Shown: positions 1-13,500 of the stretch, piece after piece
Numbering within the stretch: the first letter of the stretch is position 1
How the letters are laid out: every line of letters begins with the position of its first letter
Origin: Owenia fusiformis
Taxonomy: Eukaryota
NCBI GenBank assembly: GCA_903813345.2
Contig: CAIIXF020000001.1
Coordinates: 10,106,001 to 10,170,000, forward strand
DNA: 64,000 nucleotides
Direction: 5' to 3'
Notes under the pieces: model-generated
Told to the model about the DNA's origin: nothing
Databases searched by the model: none
What the model saw: the letters and a program-made list of their open reading frames with translations, nothing else
Made by a program: the position numbers and the translations under genes

Positions 1-22
1 CTTTAGCTTCATTTCAACCTAC

Positions 23-1177
23 CAATAAACGCTTTAATTCCCATTGTTCTTTATGTAGTAGATGTGGCAATGCAGCCATACGTGCTACTTCATAAGCCCT
101 TGCCCAGCCCGGCCCATCTGCCCTTTCTTCTACAGCCTGTGCATTAAAACTACCCGTCTCAACATTGTAGCTACCTGGGCCCAACTTTTTACTCTGAAAA
201 TACAAAGTAGACAAAAATAGTGATCCATAAAGACTACAACAGTGCAGAAGATAAAATGTCTGCATTTCAACATTTCCTAGTAACATGAAATTTGAGTAAA
301 ATTGGAAATACTATTTTTTGACAAGTATTTAGAATTGCATTAACAATATTACAAGCTTCAATAATTATATAAATTCAACTTGTGAATGTTTAATATTATT
401 CACTATAAAATATTTATGTATACTGTGCATGTATATAAACGGAATATAAAAGCATCCATTATTTTCATGGACTGGTTAATTAGTCATATTGTAGTAAAAA
501 TCATGTTATTTACCAGTGTACTCGTTGCTTTTCTGCAATAAGGAGTCTGTGTGAATGTTCCTGGCATTTTACTCTTTGGATGAACACCTGATACATCAAA
601 CCTGAAAATCAAAATTAACATACCTTTTACAGTTCTTATTGTCATGTAGAATATGTCATATTAGAATGGACATATTTTAGAAGTCCATATTAATAGGAGT
701 AAATTTGTTATTCATGGTATATACATTGTAAATAGGGGCTAGATTACTAGATATTGAGGTGGCAAATACTCCACATATGGCAGAATTTTTCTTGGGAAAT
801 ACGTCCTAAAGATCACTGTCTTTAGGAGGTATTTCCTAATAAAAATTCTGATATCTATGAAATACTTGTCTATGATTAATTATTTCATGTAATGGGTAGA
901 TCTACTTGGTTACCCAAAAAGGAGGCTATAAACCATCACAAGCCTAATCTAGATTATTTGACTAGTTTGTCCATTTGATAAAGCTATATTAAGTATGGAC
1001 ATCAGGGTAAAAACCAGGTCAATTACTGTGTTGAACAAAGTTGGAAGTTGCTTATCATTCTCAGATTCTGGCCTGAACTGAACATCAACATTGAAGTTGA
1101 ACATCATGAACATTATAAATATTTTACCTTGCTGTCTGAGTCCCAAATGGGCATCCCTTGAACTTCTTATCAGCCAT
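23..1177 (-). CDS. CIMAP2: Ciliary microtubule-associated protein 2 / lymphocyte expansion molecule (C1orf177-like), first three coding exons; gene continues off the left edge
   Basis: Exons 1177-1128, 601-514 and 193-23 with GT-AG introns and consistent phases (2,0,0) give [39 protein letters not shown]...KLGPGSY...GWARAYEVARMAALPHLLH. This matches the recalled LEXM/CIMAP2 N-terminus (F.GAPFG.Q..RFD.S...TFT..PY, GPGxY repeats). Confidence 0.85.
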
Positions 1178-1317
1178 CGTTAGTTAGAATTAATCCTTAT
1201 GATCCTTGCGTGATGATCCGATGTGATATGGCTAATTTCACAACATTTATAGTGAGATAAACTAGAAAATCGAAGCGGATTACAACGCTGGTAGCACTCT
1301 TACTTTTGATTACAATG

Positions 1318-1570
1318 CTCACATGACAACGGCCTCAATAATATCTAAAAGTAAAACTGCAAAAACGAAATTGTACTATTAATAATGTTTTCACGATTTA
1401 ATGATCGTTAATTTTGGGAAAAGTTAATGATTTTCTTTCAAATGAAGTTGTTGTTGTATATTTTATTAAATGTTGAGATTTTAAGCATATTGAAAAAACA
1501 ATTTCCAATGTAAATTCCCTTGCGGAGTTTGACATTTTGATGACGTCATATGTAAACAGAAAAGCACGTG
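1318..1570 (-). promoter_or_regulatory. Candidate proximal promoter motifs upstream of CIMAP2
   Basis: Half X-box-like CATGACAAC (~1322-1330), CRE palindrome TGACGTCA (1541-1548), forkhead GTAAACA (1552-1558) and E-box CACGTG (1565-1570), all within 400 nt of the ATG. Short motifs can occur by chance. Confidence 0.25.
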
Positions 1571-2824
1571 GTCTTTATGCATCTCACACAGAAAGTTTAT
1601 TTTTGAGCGATTTGGATTATGGACGTTCAAGTTATCCATACATCTTTCTAATTAGGTAGAGGCATGGTCATTTATCCCACGATCATTGATTGTGGAATGT
1701 GTATGAAAACCTTATTTCTTTTATAGCATGGACTTCTGGCTGGAATAAGCCCATGATAAGCAGAAATAAATAAAACAGAAGTCGATTTTCTTATTTTATT
1801 TTTTATAATTGTACATTTAATTTCGTTGTGGATAAGTATGTAAAATTAATAATAAGCCTTTTTATGTTTGCATTTTTATTTGCATTATCTGTAAAGAAAA
1901 ATTTAATTTAGGGCTGAAAATACAAATTGAAATCATTTCCAGAAATTACAATAGACATATCTGATGGATTTTTGAAAATCAAAATTCCCATGTAAACCAA
2001 AGGGAAATTGTATATTTGCCGCAAGTCATATGACAATTGAATTTGCCTGAAACTTTATTTATTAAAAAAATGTATGTGTTTCTTCCGATTCAACGATGTT
2101 ATACTTAGTATCCATAATCCAAAGTCAAAATTATTTTTTAAGAAACCTCTCCCTTTGAAATAATACGTACAAAGGAGTCGAAAAAAATAATTTTCCAAAT
2201 TTACTTTGAAGCGTTGTGACTTCACAAAATACAATAAAATTAATGTGCAAAAAAAGTTAGATTTTGAAGAATAGTTCTCAAATCTGACTTAGCAAACCCA
2301 ATGTATCGCATAAGTTAAAAATGGAAATGACGATTTTCAAAAGGTCATCACCTATTGTTATAAAAAAAATGGGAAAATGTGGGACGTACAGGAAAGAAAG
2401 TAAAGTTTCCACCGTTATCATGGCTCATTGTAGATTACATAAATAAAAGATCTAACACAATGGGGGGGGGGGGCAAGGTTGCCAAACTTTTGAAGGGGAG
2501 TGTACCCGTACCGTCGTTCAAATAACGGGGTGGGAATGTGACGATTCTGGTACTTATAAAACTTTCCATTAGGGTCAAACAGTTATTTTAAACGCCTATT
2601 TTAAAACATGGAAGCCCATGGAAGCCTTCCTCATTCTTCTGATCTCTCGGAAGACGTATTTATTTGAAGTAGCCAATTACGAGATGTTTTGAAAGCGCGT
2701 GGTCATTGTATAATTATTCATTCGAATACAAAATGCAAGTGATTGAGAAAATAGGATTGTTATAGTCCGCGTTCATCCAAGCAAAATATTAAAACAACCA
2801 TTTATATTTTGAACAGTTCTGACA

Positions 2825-3116
2825 CCTGAGCAGGATAGCCTAGTGGCGTAGACTGGGTTTACTTTGCGGTCAAACGTCCCAGAGGGATATGGAGGTCCCG
2901 CGTTCGAGCCTCAGGCACGGCGTTGTAAATCATAGTTCTACAGAACACCCGGTCTGATTGTGAGACTGTAGGTTGGTTCATCCACTGACGGGCTATAGGA
3001 GGCGCCGGTATTCATACAGAATGGTAGCGAGCCCCCACCAAGGGCAGTAGTGGAACGACACGAATCAGTCCCAGTATGGTTGCCTTGCAACAGAAGAGAC
3101 TCAAGGAAGAGACTCA
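2825..3116 (+). mobile_element. tRNA-derived SINE-like element
   Basis: Pol III box A TAGCCTAGTGG (2836-2846) and box B-like GTTCGAGCC (2902-2910), then a ~180-nt GC-richer body ending in a duplicated GAAGAGACTCA. No intact cloverleaf. Confidence 0.6.
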
Positions 3117-3399
3117 TGGGGCCCGCCCCCCCCCCCCCCCTAAGTTGTGCCAAGAAAAAAATTGGGTTCAAAGAAAATTTTGGGCCAAAAAAGGCCTCAG
3201 GGCCCGAAAAAGTGGGCCTTTTTTGTCATTACTGGGCATTCCAAGGCCTTATTTTTTAATTTCAGACAAAATCTTGAAGAAAATGGGCCTTAATATATCA
3301 AAATTTGGGCCCACTTTCGGTTTTAGGGGCCCAAATTTTTTTTCCGCGCAAGCCTGGAATTTGCCCCCCCCCCCTTGTTGGTTCCTGGATCCGCCCCTG
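3117..3399. mobile_element. GC-rich MITE fragment (CAGGGGCGGATCC-type end)
   Basis: Right end GGATCCGCCCCTG, poly-C tracts and GGGCCC motifs. A related copy lies at ~18107-18270. Confidence 0.6.
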
Positions 3400-5220
3400 T
3401 ATTATGTATGTAAAACTACAAGTTGCACGTTTACATTTTACATTAAACTGATGTTTTATTATGTCAACACCACAAATGGTGACATATTGTTATGATCTCT
3501 AACCTTTTTTGGGTGGTGACATGATTCAGTGTTAATGTCTTGTATTTATTTGAGTTGGAAGGTGGCTTCATTGGAAACAGTCAAGTCTTGTTTTTCGGTC
3601 ATCTCGTCTATACTGTCTAAATGTTATACCATTGCAATTCCTCAAGGGCTATCAAGGCATGGATACAAACAAGTTAACCCTGCCTTATTTTTAAAAATTT
3701 TGATGAAACCATAACAGAACTTCTAAAATGAATGACTTTCTGATTACCCAAAAAATTTGTGTGAATCTGAAAATACTAGTGTCTAAAGGTGTGAGAGTGA
3801 AAAGGTGTGACATGGACCAATTCTGTAACTTTATTTCCTTTTGTACTGATTCTAATTTTCAATTTTTTATTTACTGCATAAAAACATTGACCAGACCATA
3901 TACCCTCAGATTGTGGTAAATGCCAACATTAAGGAATTTTATTTGGAACATGTCACATAGTTAGATTCATCTTTGGCCTCCAATTTTTCAATCAGGGCAC
4001 CCCTCCCAATTTAATCTAGGAAACTCCTGCATGTAATTGGAATAAAAACAGCCTACATGTAGCTACGCCTCCGAAACAGATCATGGATGTCAGTCAGCTA
4101 TTACAGATAAAATGATCAACAGTTTTCAAGATGGGCACCATGTTCTTTTACAAGTACTTTTAGGATACTCAGATCGGAGGATATTCAATGTAAATATGAC
4201 AGTTAATTACATTTGAAATTCACTTCCAACATAACAAATGTGACTTGGTTGATTTCTCACAATTAAAAGATTTATTACATAAATATATAGAGATACACAT
4301 TGCTTCTTGACAATAATAAAATGCATTCAATTAAAATGCTCTATAGAATTGGAATGCTGCAACCAATATTGAATGTTAATTTTACATGCTAATTTCACCT
4401 TAAGAATCCAATAGGGATTGGTACTTGACATCTCCTAACAATCATATTTGTAATGGTAATGTAACATGTTATGGAAAATGTGACTTGATGCTAACAGGCG
4501 TGGCCACTTCATTGAATGTATGTATTAATTGGTAGTCTATGGGTGTAAGAATATTACAATTTTTGCAAACCTAGCAATCTTCACATGTACCTTTTATATA
4601 TGTATAATGGCATCATATTTTAAGCTCCATAAAAATTCAAAATATATAACATTTGCAATACATTTGATATTTGATCTATAATTATAACATATTGATAGAA
4701 TCTTCTAATAAGCTGGTGATTTTGAGATTGAAGACAAACCATTGATTTGCTATTTCAGTATTGAACATTGCTGTAAGGTGGCTCATATTATACAATTACA
4801 TGTATGCCATAATATAGTTCTATATTTGCTTAATTTAGTACTACTCTATATACATTCTGGTAGTAAAAGCAGATTTTCTAAAAGCATATACTAGGCCAAG
4901 GGAACATGATTTATAAATAGAAAATACACCGAACAACCATTTATGGGTGGGTCAAAATGTTTGCATTTTCTCAAAAAAATTCAAACAAAAAGTTCGACAT
5001 TCCCTTTCATTTAAGCTTATGGAAATTGAAATGACATTACTAGTGTGAAATTATACCCCAATTAAATGTCCTTACTTTCAAAGGTAAACATAAGTGGGGC
5101 TTTATTCACTTAATTCACTGTCAAAATTACCTTTGTGAAAAAATGCAACATATGACCTGGCCCAAATAGTGGCTGAAAATGAGACATTAGAGTAGCTCCC
5201 TTGCTGTAGTATGAAGTTGA

Positions 5221-5730
5221 CTGGTAGTAGTAGCTCATTTCTTGCATATCTACAATAAAGTCCACTCGTTGTTCACTTGTTGCATTACTACAATAAAATC
5301 CCACCAGTACCTCACTTGTATTACTACAATAAAGTCCACTGGTAGTTCACTTGTTGCATTACTACAATAAAATCCCACCAGTAGCTCACTTGCATTACTA
5401 CAATAATGTCTACTGGTAGCTCAATTGTTGCATTACTACAATGAAATTCCACCAGTGCCTCACTTGCATTACTACAATAATGTCCACTGGTAGCTCAATT
5501 GTTGCATTACTACAATGAAATTCCACCAGTGCCTCACTTGCATTACTACAATAATGTCCACTGGTAGCTCAATTGTTGCATTACTACAATGAAATTCCAC
5601 CAGTACCTCACTTGCATTTCTTCAATAATGTCCACTGGTATCTCAATTGTTGCATTACTACAATGAAATTCCACCAGTACCTCACTTGCATTACTACAAT
5701 AATGTCCACTGGTAGCTCAATTGTTGCAGT
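5221..5730. repeat. Minisatellite with a 74-bp dimeric unit, ~6.5 copies
   Basis: Unit CCACTGGTAGCTCAATTGTTGCATTACTACAATGAAATT + CCACCAGTGCCTCACTTGCATTACTACAATAATGT; period 74 (e.g. 5484 to 5558). Confidence 0.95.
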
Positions 5731-6420
5731 AATACAATTGCGTCCACTGTATATATTCAATTGTCATAACTCTGACAGATATGATATGTTTCTTTTGAAT
5801 CACCTCACCAATAAACAGTATAAAAATACATTAATTTCTTTCAAGAATACATTAATAAGTACTATTGTTACAACAAATTCTTGCATAACAACCAGCTTGT
5901 TTCTCGATCAGCACACATGAATATAACAGCCTGGGGTAGGTGATAACCCAGAAATTGCATGCAAAATTTATAAGGGCGACGTATGTGTATATAAATGTAG
6001 ATTATAAAGTACAAATATTGTGAATGGTCAACTCATTCGCTCTGCATAATGAAGAAGACAACCAATTAGCTATCAATTTCTGTTATATATCATAAAGGTG
6101 TTGAACAACCGTATGGCAATCATAGCTTCCCAAAATCAGAGAAATACGCAGGCATGAAATATAGTGAAAAGCAGTATGATGTAGATTTTCTATCTTGATT
6201 GTATGAAGCTACAGCCGCCATACACCCAGCATAGAGCAAATGTAACGGAGGCACATATGTTAATCAACAGGCATTGCATGGTGTCTAATGAACTGGGTGT
6301 GAAGGCCTCGTTACTTCTCAAGTTTCTTATTAATTTTATAGAAGAGTTGAGAAGAAACATCAATATACATGTAACTATGTGGAAAATCGGAGATAGAGTG
6401 CAAACATTTAGAGATTGTAT

Positions 6421-6582
6421 CGTAACAACCCGCGGCGCCTCCAGGGAGCTGTAGTGAAACAAAGCAGATACTGGACATGAAATGGAGTGTGTTAAATTCA
6501 ATGTCAAGTATGGGAACTGAACCCAGGACCTTCTAGTTCAGAGTCTGATGCTTTAGTGAGTTTGCTACCCAGGGTCGTTACA
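6421..6582 (-). mobile_element. Degenerate tRNA-containing solo LTR, same family type as 40981-41187
   Basis: Minus strand reads TGTAACGACCC...GGTCCTGGGTTCAGTTCCCATAC...TTGAATTTAACACA...AGTATCTG...CACTACAGCTCCCTG...GTTGTTACG, colinear with the 40981 element. The TSD is not preserved. Confidence 0.65.
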
Positions 6583-7171
6583 CTGTTATAGTATGAACTG
6601 AGGATTTTGTGCCTTTGACTCCTATTTTATTTAATTTTCACTTCTTCAACCAATATAAATTAATTTTAAAGTCTCTCTGGAGTTACCAAAATGTAACTAA
6701 CATTAACTTTAAATGTTTGGCTCTGGCAAAATGACCAATTCCATGATTCATATTCTTAACTTGTTATAAATCAAACAATTTTCTGTACAACATAATATAT
6801 ACATCAATCCCTAGATGGTATCTGCATGAATGGCTGTATTATCACTGACAAAAGGGTAACATTACAACATGCTATATAATACCCTTCACAATATAAACAA
6901 TAAAAATCAATAGTATACTACAGAAACTTGTTTAAGGCCTATCATTACAAGTCTTGGGAAGTGAGAAACTCAATATGACATATAGATTGAACATTTGTAT
7001 ATCTTTGTGCTAAATGCTCATGGAATGAAATCATTATTTGGTTACATACTGTATTTTGGTCACCTGATCATTCATTATACAGAACTTAATTATTAAGCAT
7101 TTCATTCAATCCATTGCTATTCACAGTTATAATCCATTCTATGATGATCACATCACCTTTTTTTACAATAA

Positions 7172-7461
7172 ACTAGAAAAACAGCAACTCCAGGGAGCAG
7201 CAGATCCCACCTAACAAATCATGTAAATCAAACAAATCAATGTTCAAGTTATAGACAAAGGTTAATTTTTAACATTAAATGGCAGCAATTTTATAATGAG
7301 TGACCCCTAAAGTCATGCAGAAGCAGAAGTCTTATGCTTATATTTAGCATAAGCCTGTGACTGAGTTGTCATTCAGACAGATGGATGATCAGGTGAATTC
7401 ATGAACAGATGGATCAACTAAGTTCTCAATATCCCTACATGAACTTTGTTCGGTGGGATAA
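7172..7461 (-). mobile_element. Helentron-associated (DINE-1/HINE-like) element, short copy
   Basis: Ends ACTAG.AAACAGCAAC... and ...ATCCCT...AACTT.GT...GGGATAAT are shared with 29191-29997. Confidence 0.55.
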
Positions 7462-7564
7462 TTAGATATAAAGTCTCTGTTTTGTCGATTCTTGGGTATC
7501 TTTCATATCCACATATCACTGTACAAATATACACAAACACAGTAGAAGTGTTGCATCAGATTTG

Positions 7565-10500
7565 CTAGAATTGTTCATTAAATTCCTGGGCTTTGACCAA
7601 ACGGCCCGATTTGGCATCTGATATAGCGCCCCATAGATCAAACTTAAAGTCATCTGTGAACCCAAATGCGCCAAGGTCCGATTCATCTATAGCTTCAGCA
7701 AAGTTATGGGGATTGTTGAGGTTCTCTCCAAGTTCCCAAATTGTTTGGGCTGCAATAGAAAAAACAGGAATTGAGTCACACTTTTCATGTGAACTTATTT
7801 TCTCAAATGAAATTGAAAATTCATATAGCATCTACAAGAAATATTCAGTGAAATCTTTTCATACATGCAGATTACCTAAGGCTTATGTACTGGGAGGTTT
7901 TGGATATGGGGTTTATCCAGAGAGATATATGCATAGCTACCTAAGGGACTGTGAGGACCGAAATGTAGATGTGTATATCTCAAGAGGGATAAACTCCATA
8001 TCCAAACCGACCATACATAACTGCTTTATCCTATTCCCAGTGGAGTTTTCAATTTTTTCTCATTTTTTCAGTTTTTCAAATTTTTTCTCATTTTTAAAAA
8101 AAGAAATTTCAAAGCGGGAAGATATGCCCTGGAGCCGGACATACAGAGGTTCTGAATATGGAAACCTCAAACTCAGGATACGAGATATATCTTACAAACT
8201 TATCTCCCTAAAACTCTACTTGGCATAGTATAAACAGGCTTACATCAGGTCCTTGTGCTATATTCAAATCTTTCCAGAGTATAAAAGTAGAAAATGTACA
8301 ATAGTCAACAAGACACATGATGCAATACTATTGTTGCATCCGGATCTATTCTTACCTAGCTCTTCATCATTGATGCCCATGAATGACTCCAGCAAGTTAT
8401 TTATTTTGTCTGTTGCCACGCCAACAACACCATCATCCTAGAAAATAGAAGACAAGAATTGCATCAACTATATAGCCTTGTGTCAGTTCATGAGAATTAT
8501 GGCAAGTTTATAGAGATATGGCATATTTTATAGAGCAATATGGAAATATTATTGTATGAAATCATGTTTTATTGACAACTATACAGGAAGTTTTCAATGC
8601 ATAATGTCTATTCTCAAGTGGTTTGCTCAGTATCTGATAAAACTGAGAGGCTGTGTTTATATAATATAAAGTGAAGTATGAAGTACTGTAGATAGAGGAA
8701 AGTACAGTATGTATAGAAATACACATGCAGGGGCGAGGACAGCAATAATCAAAGGGGGTGCAATTTTTGGGGTTTGCATCACTGCGAGAGATGCGAGCCC
8801 CAAAAAAGGGATATGGTGTTTACCCCTGGAAATTTTCAAAAATTTACATATGGTGCATTCTAAGCATTTCAAAATATAATTTGTCAATGTTCTTCAAACC
8901 CCCCCCCCCCCTGGCTACACCCATGACATGTCCAACTGCTGATCTGATAAAACTTTCAAATGATACAACATGTGTTAAAATTCTCTTCAAAGTTATGACT
9001 TCATCAGACACTTCAAAACCTTGGAGATGTCTGATAATATAAACATTTATGTCACCGTATATAAAAATTATCATGGTTATTGTATATTCACACAAGACAA
9101 ATCACTTGAACAGATAACAAAATGAATATGCTTGTACAATCAAAGTTCAAGCTTATCAGCTAGGCCAGGCAAGAGATGTAACCATTGTTTTGATTTGCTT
9201 GTGTTTCAAGATGCTCCACAGAACTAATTATTTGTCCTTAGACGTTACACAAAATGTGAGTCTAAATGACCCTTCTCTAGCTTGGAGTTGAGTAGCTGGT
9301 TAAAATGACACTTAATGCCCATTTTTATGATATATCCCCCTACCATATTGGATACAATTCAAAAAGACTGTTACAGGTAAACCCATTATTATAGTTGGTT
9401 CAGGCCAGGCTGTAAGTGCACAAAGTCATGCCAATTAATGGTAAAATTATTATAGTGACATGGCTAATGTATTACAACAATGGAAATTCAGGATGTTGCC
9501 CTTTGTGCAGTTATTATGTGGGACATGGAACCCATTTTCTGCCAGAGTACCAAATGTTGCCCTTGATAGAAATGGCCAACCTAATGATGAATGGGGTTGG
9601 ATTAGCCTTGGTTTAGATTTTAGATCAAGGAGATGTTTTGCAATTATGTATTTAGAACTATGAAAAGGCACAAACTAATCAGTGATCTCCACAGGATTTT
9701 TTCTCAAGTGGGTGCAAAATTCTCATTTTCACAATTCAGAACAAAATATGCCAATTTTTCATGATTTTTCTCATTTTCAAATGGGTGTAAATGGATTTTC
9801 AGGTGGGTGCAAGTCTATTTTCAAAATCTCAGGGGGGTGATGCGCCCACTTGGTTTAATGCTGGGATGATCACTGCTAATAATTATATAACCTCTTCTTC
9901 CAAACTTCATTTAAATATCTTATACTGCTTGTCATACCATATTAATTTTTTAAAATACTTTATCATATCTAAATATGTAATTACACTATTCATATAGAAT
10001 TTAGTAGACGAGTTTCCTTTTTACAGTTGACATTCATCCTTTTGCCAATTATAGAAATCACAAGTTCAGTCTAAATATATGTATGTATATGAGTACATGT
10101 ATGTGTTATATTAGAGCAATGTGCATGGCGCCAGATTGTGTTATGTATGATGTTGTTTGTGCTAGTTTATTCTCATAGCTAGGATCAGTTAAAATAGGTA
10201 CAATGAGACTATGTAAGTGCACACTCTAGCCAACATACAATATCATGTAAAGTTCCTTGGACCATCATACATGGACTGACATCTCTGCAAGTCAATACTC
10301 TAACCAAGTATGAAATTCATGTACTGTACTAATACATAACGTATATGGTTTTACTCAAGGAGAACATAATTTCTGCATTAAGCCTGTCCATCAAGCTTGA
10401 ATAATTCTCCACACCATTGCTTTGATTAATAATAAGGTACAACTGAATTAAAAATACAGCTCAACAATTTTCAACCCATTTAATGGCTTCTAAACATGTA

Positions 10501-13500
10501 TATGTTTATATATGATCAGGTTATGGTGCGGCTTTTTGCATGTGTGATTAATTGTCAAAGTTTTATGCAGCATTAGCTGCAACGTTCATGGAAAAGGATT
10601 GCGTGACTGACTGTCTGTAACCAGGATATGATAACCACAGACACTACCACAAGAGTGAAAATGGCTGAAAGCATTCAAATATCCACATTTATACTGCAAA
10701 CAGCACTGTATGTTATCCTGTATACGAGAAATAATGCAATCAGTTAGAAGTATACCAAGTTCTTACCTCTTGAACTGTAGCTGGACCTGTGGACCGCAAC
10801 CTCAGTGTTTGTTTGCCTGTTCCTACACTGCCTGATTTCTTGTTTCCGGTGTTTGGCCCAATATTCGCTGAAATTTAAATAAATATGGTTTGAACTTTAA
10901 GCTTTAGAATCAAGATTTTTTAATTTTCAATAATAGACAGCAAACAGCTATATATGGGCATTGTGATAGAATCTGAAATATATAGACTGATAATTTTTGA
11001 AGTTTTGTCAATTATGCTCATATATTTGTGAATTCATGTGGTAAGAAATGTGTTTAAAATGTCATATCATTCTCTCATCAAAGGAACATCCTCAGTTGTT
11101 GCAAAACTATCTCATAGTTCATCAAAATTTGTAAGTGCATGGGCATGTTGTTAAAAAAGTGGAAAGTCAGAGTTCCTATGCAAAAGAATGGTGGCTTTTA
11201 TAAAGGTAGGTAGATAGAGATAACCTTAATTGATTACTGCCTAATAGAAAGCATGGATCCTTCATCTGGTAAATTGCTAACCTTCGTTTTATAGCGAAGC
11301 ATTATTTGGTATGAATTATGGAATAATTTTTCATACATGAGGTGCTTGTGGATTTTCAATTTTATGAAGTTTTTATCAAATATACAAGGAAAAGGGAAAA
11401 GTGTGTACAGATGAGCTATTATTGTACATGTATATTTATTGGAAAACTCAGTATAACAGTGAGCTACACCATGGTACCAGGAAAAGAGGAAGGCCGAAGA
11501 AACGATGGAAGGACACCGTGAAAGAAGACCTAACCCGCTTTCATATGTCGGATGACTGGCACACGGCTTCACAAGCCAGAGAACTCTTCCGAAGCCAAAT
11601 CCACAAATAAAAGCATTTTCTGAAGAACTGCTTTCCACCCATCGTCACACTTGATGGGGACGAAAATGAGGGTCAGTATAACAATTCTAATGGGAGACAC
11701 TTTGTAGTACATGAACCATTTTATAAAGGTACATTTAATAACACTGCAGGAACAGAGACTGCATGGATAATGTAGGTTTCACCATTTGTTAACTTCTGAG
11801 TGAAAAACAATTACAGAATTTCTATTACTCATTAACCTTTTTTATGGTATTCATAGTTTAGTTAATTGGAACTAGAATTTTATACTAACAATTTACAAAT
11901 GATTCTAACCCATGTTCTCCAGTTCGCAAGATAATGCTGACTGGACCTTATATGTGGGTCAAGTAACATGAACTATCAACCAGAAAAAGATGGCCAAAGA
12001 TGATATTGAGTTCATATAGAAGTCATTGTCAATTTTTCATCATGTCTGTTGCCACATAACTTTCTTAAACTACTTCAAATATGTAGGCCTACAAATCAGA
12101 AAAATAGGGAAGTTTTCCAAATCTGGTTGATCTGACATGACTCCCCTGTATTTTAAATTTAGTAAGCAACTATGAGTTTTCTCAGAAATGCTCAAATTGC
12201 GCCAAACAGTATCTTGAAAAAGATATCCAAAGGATCAAGACCCTCCTAGAAGTCACTTGTGGCAATATTGTCATCTATATTTGATGGGAAATTTTGAAAA
12301 TACAACCCTGTATTTACAAATATGGTATGATGGGCCTGATACTGAAGTAGGATTACCAGTATGGCATATAATCATTACCAATCAATTACATTAGGTTTGA
12401 AATGATTTTTGAACCGGGCTGCCAAGAGCACCTATCATGAGGGTGGGGCTGCTTAACTGTAATATAGTCTATACTACGTAGGCAGAAGGTAGTTTATAAC
12501 TAGACTCTATATGCAGGGAAGGTAATATTAAAAATACAACAAACTGACACAGAATGACAACTTGCCCTGAATTAACTACAGCTACATCTTCATCAGTATA
12601 TAATCTACCAGGCGGTTACTATAGTAACTGACAATAGGATGTCTATTACTCCATCCTCCCTTACATCAGGTGTTTCAACCTTGGATTAAATGAGTGATTT
12701 GCCTATTTTCAGTTGGTTAAATTGTAAGGGTTCAAAAAAGAGGTTGGGTGATATAAATGTGATGGGATATCAAATGTTAAAGAGATCCTTGATCAATTTG
12801 ATGACACACTATAGATGAGAATATAAAAGAATCGGATCAGGTTCAATATGGTAACATTCATGAATGTCACTTTCACTCACAAAAGGTACAGCAAATTTTG
12901 CTTCAGGACACAGCATTGACTTATAAAATCTATCTAATATTAGGCATCAATATACCTTTAAGGTCAACAATACTCAAGACTTATGAGGGTTCAACTCAAA
13001 TATGTTTCCACTTGAAAGGTCACGCCTAACCATCGACAAGGTACAGTCACGTGACAGGTGACAAAATATGCCGTAGTACACTTTTGATGTACTATGTCAC
13101 TATTAACTGATTTTGAGCGAAGACCATGATGTAGGTTCGATGCAGGTTTTCAAAAATAAATTTTAGGAGAACACAAAGGATTTTATGTTTGGTTTCGCGT
13201 GCATTCGATTTCAAAGACATTTACTTTTCTAATAACGTGAAAAGATCTTCGAGCAGTGCTCGATTTTTTTCGTTGTTAGTCTACCCATACGATTCTTCGG
13301 TTGGAAAAATGTTGTTTTTTACACATTTCCTTTGATAATTTTCTCCCCTGACGTCTCAGAGTGTCGAATATTTTTATGAGAATGTGTTTCTCTAAACTAC
13401 ACAGTTTAGGACAGGTGAACATTTAATAAACATTCATGCATTTGATATAATTTAAAAAATCAGAAATGTACGTTGTCAACTCACAGTGTATGTTGTCCCT

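Noticed and set aside
3050-3495. Pro/Lys-rich ORFs of 69 and 139 aa
   Set aside because: They are translations of the poly-C and poly-A tracts of a MITE.
6234-6253. 20-bp match to ~52641-52660 giving RANVTEA in two ORFs
   Set aside because: The match is short with no extension; it is likely a repeat fragment rather than coding homology.
7556-7567. GIPC stop context TAG CAA suggesting readthrough
   Set aside because: The context is TAG-CAA-ATC, not CARYYA, and a TGA follows two codons later.
7593-8228. 211-aa plus-strand ORF, the longest in the track
   Set aside because: It is antisense to GIPC exon 5 and its intron, starts at a non-ATG codon, has low-complexity composition and shows no recognisable domain.
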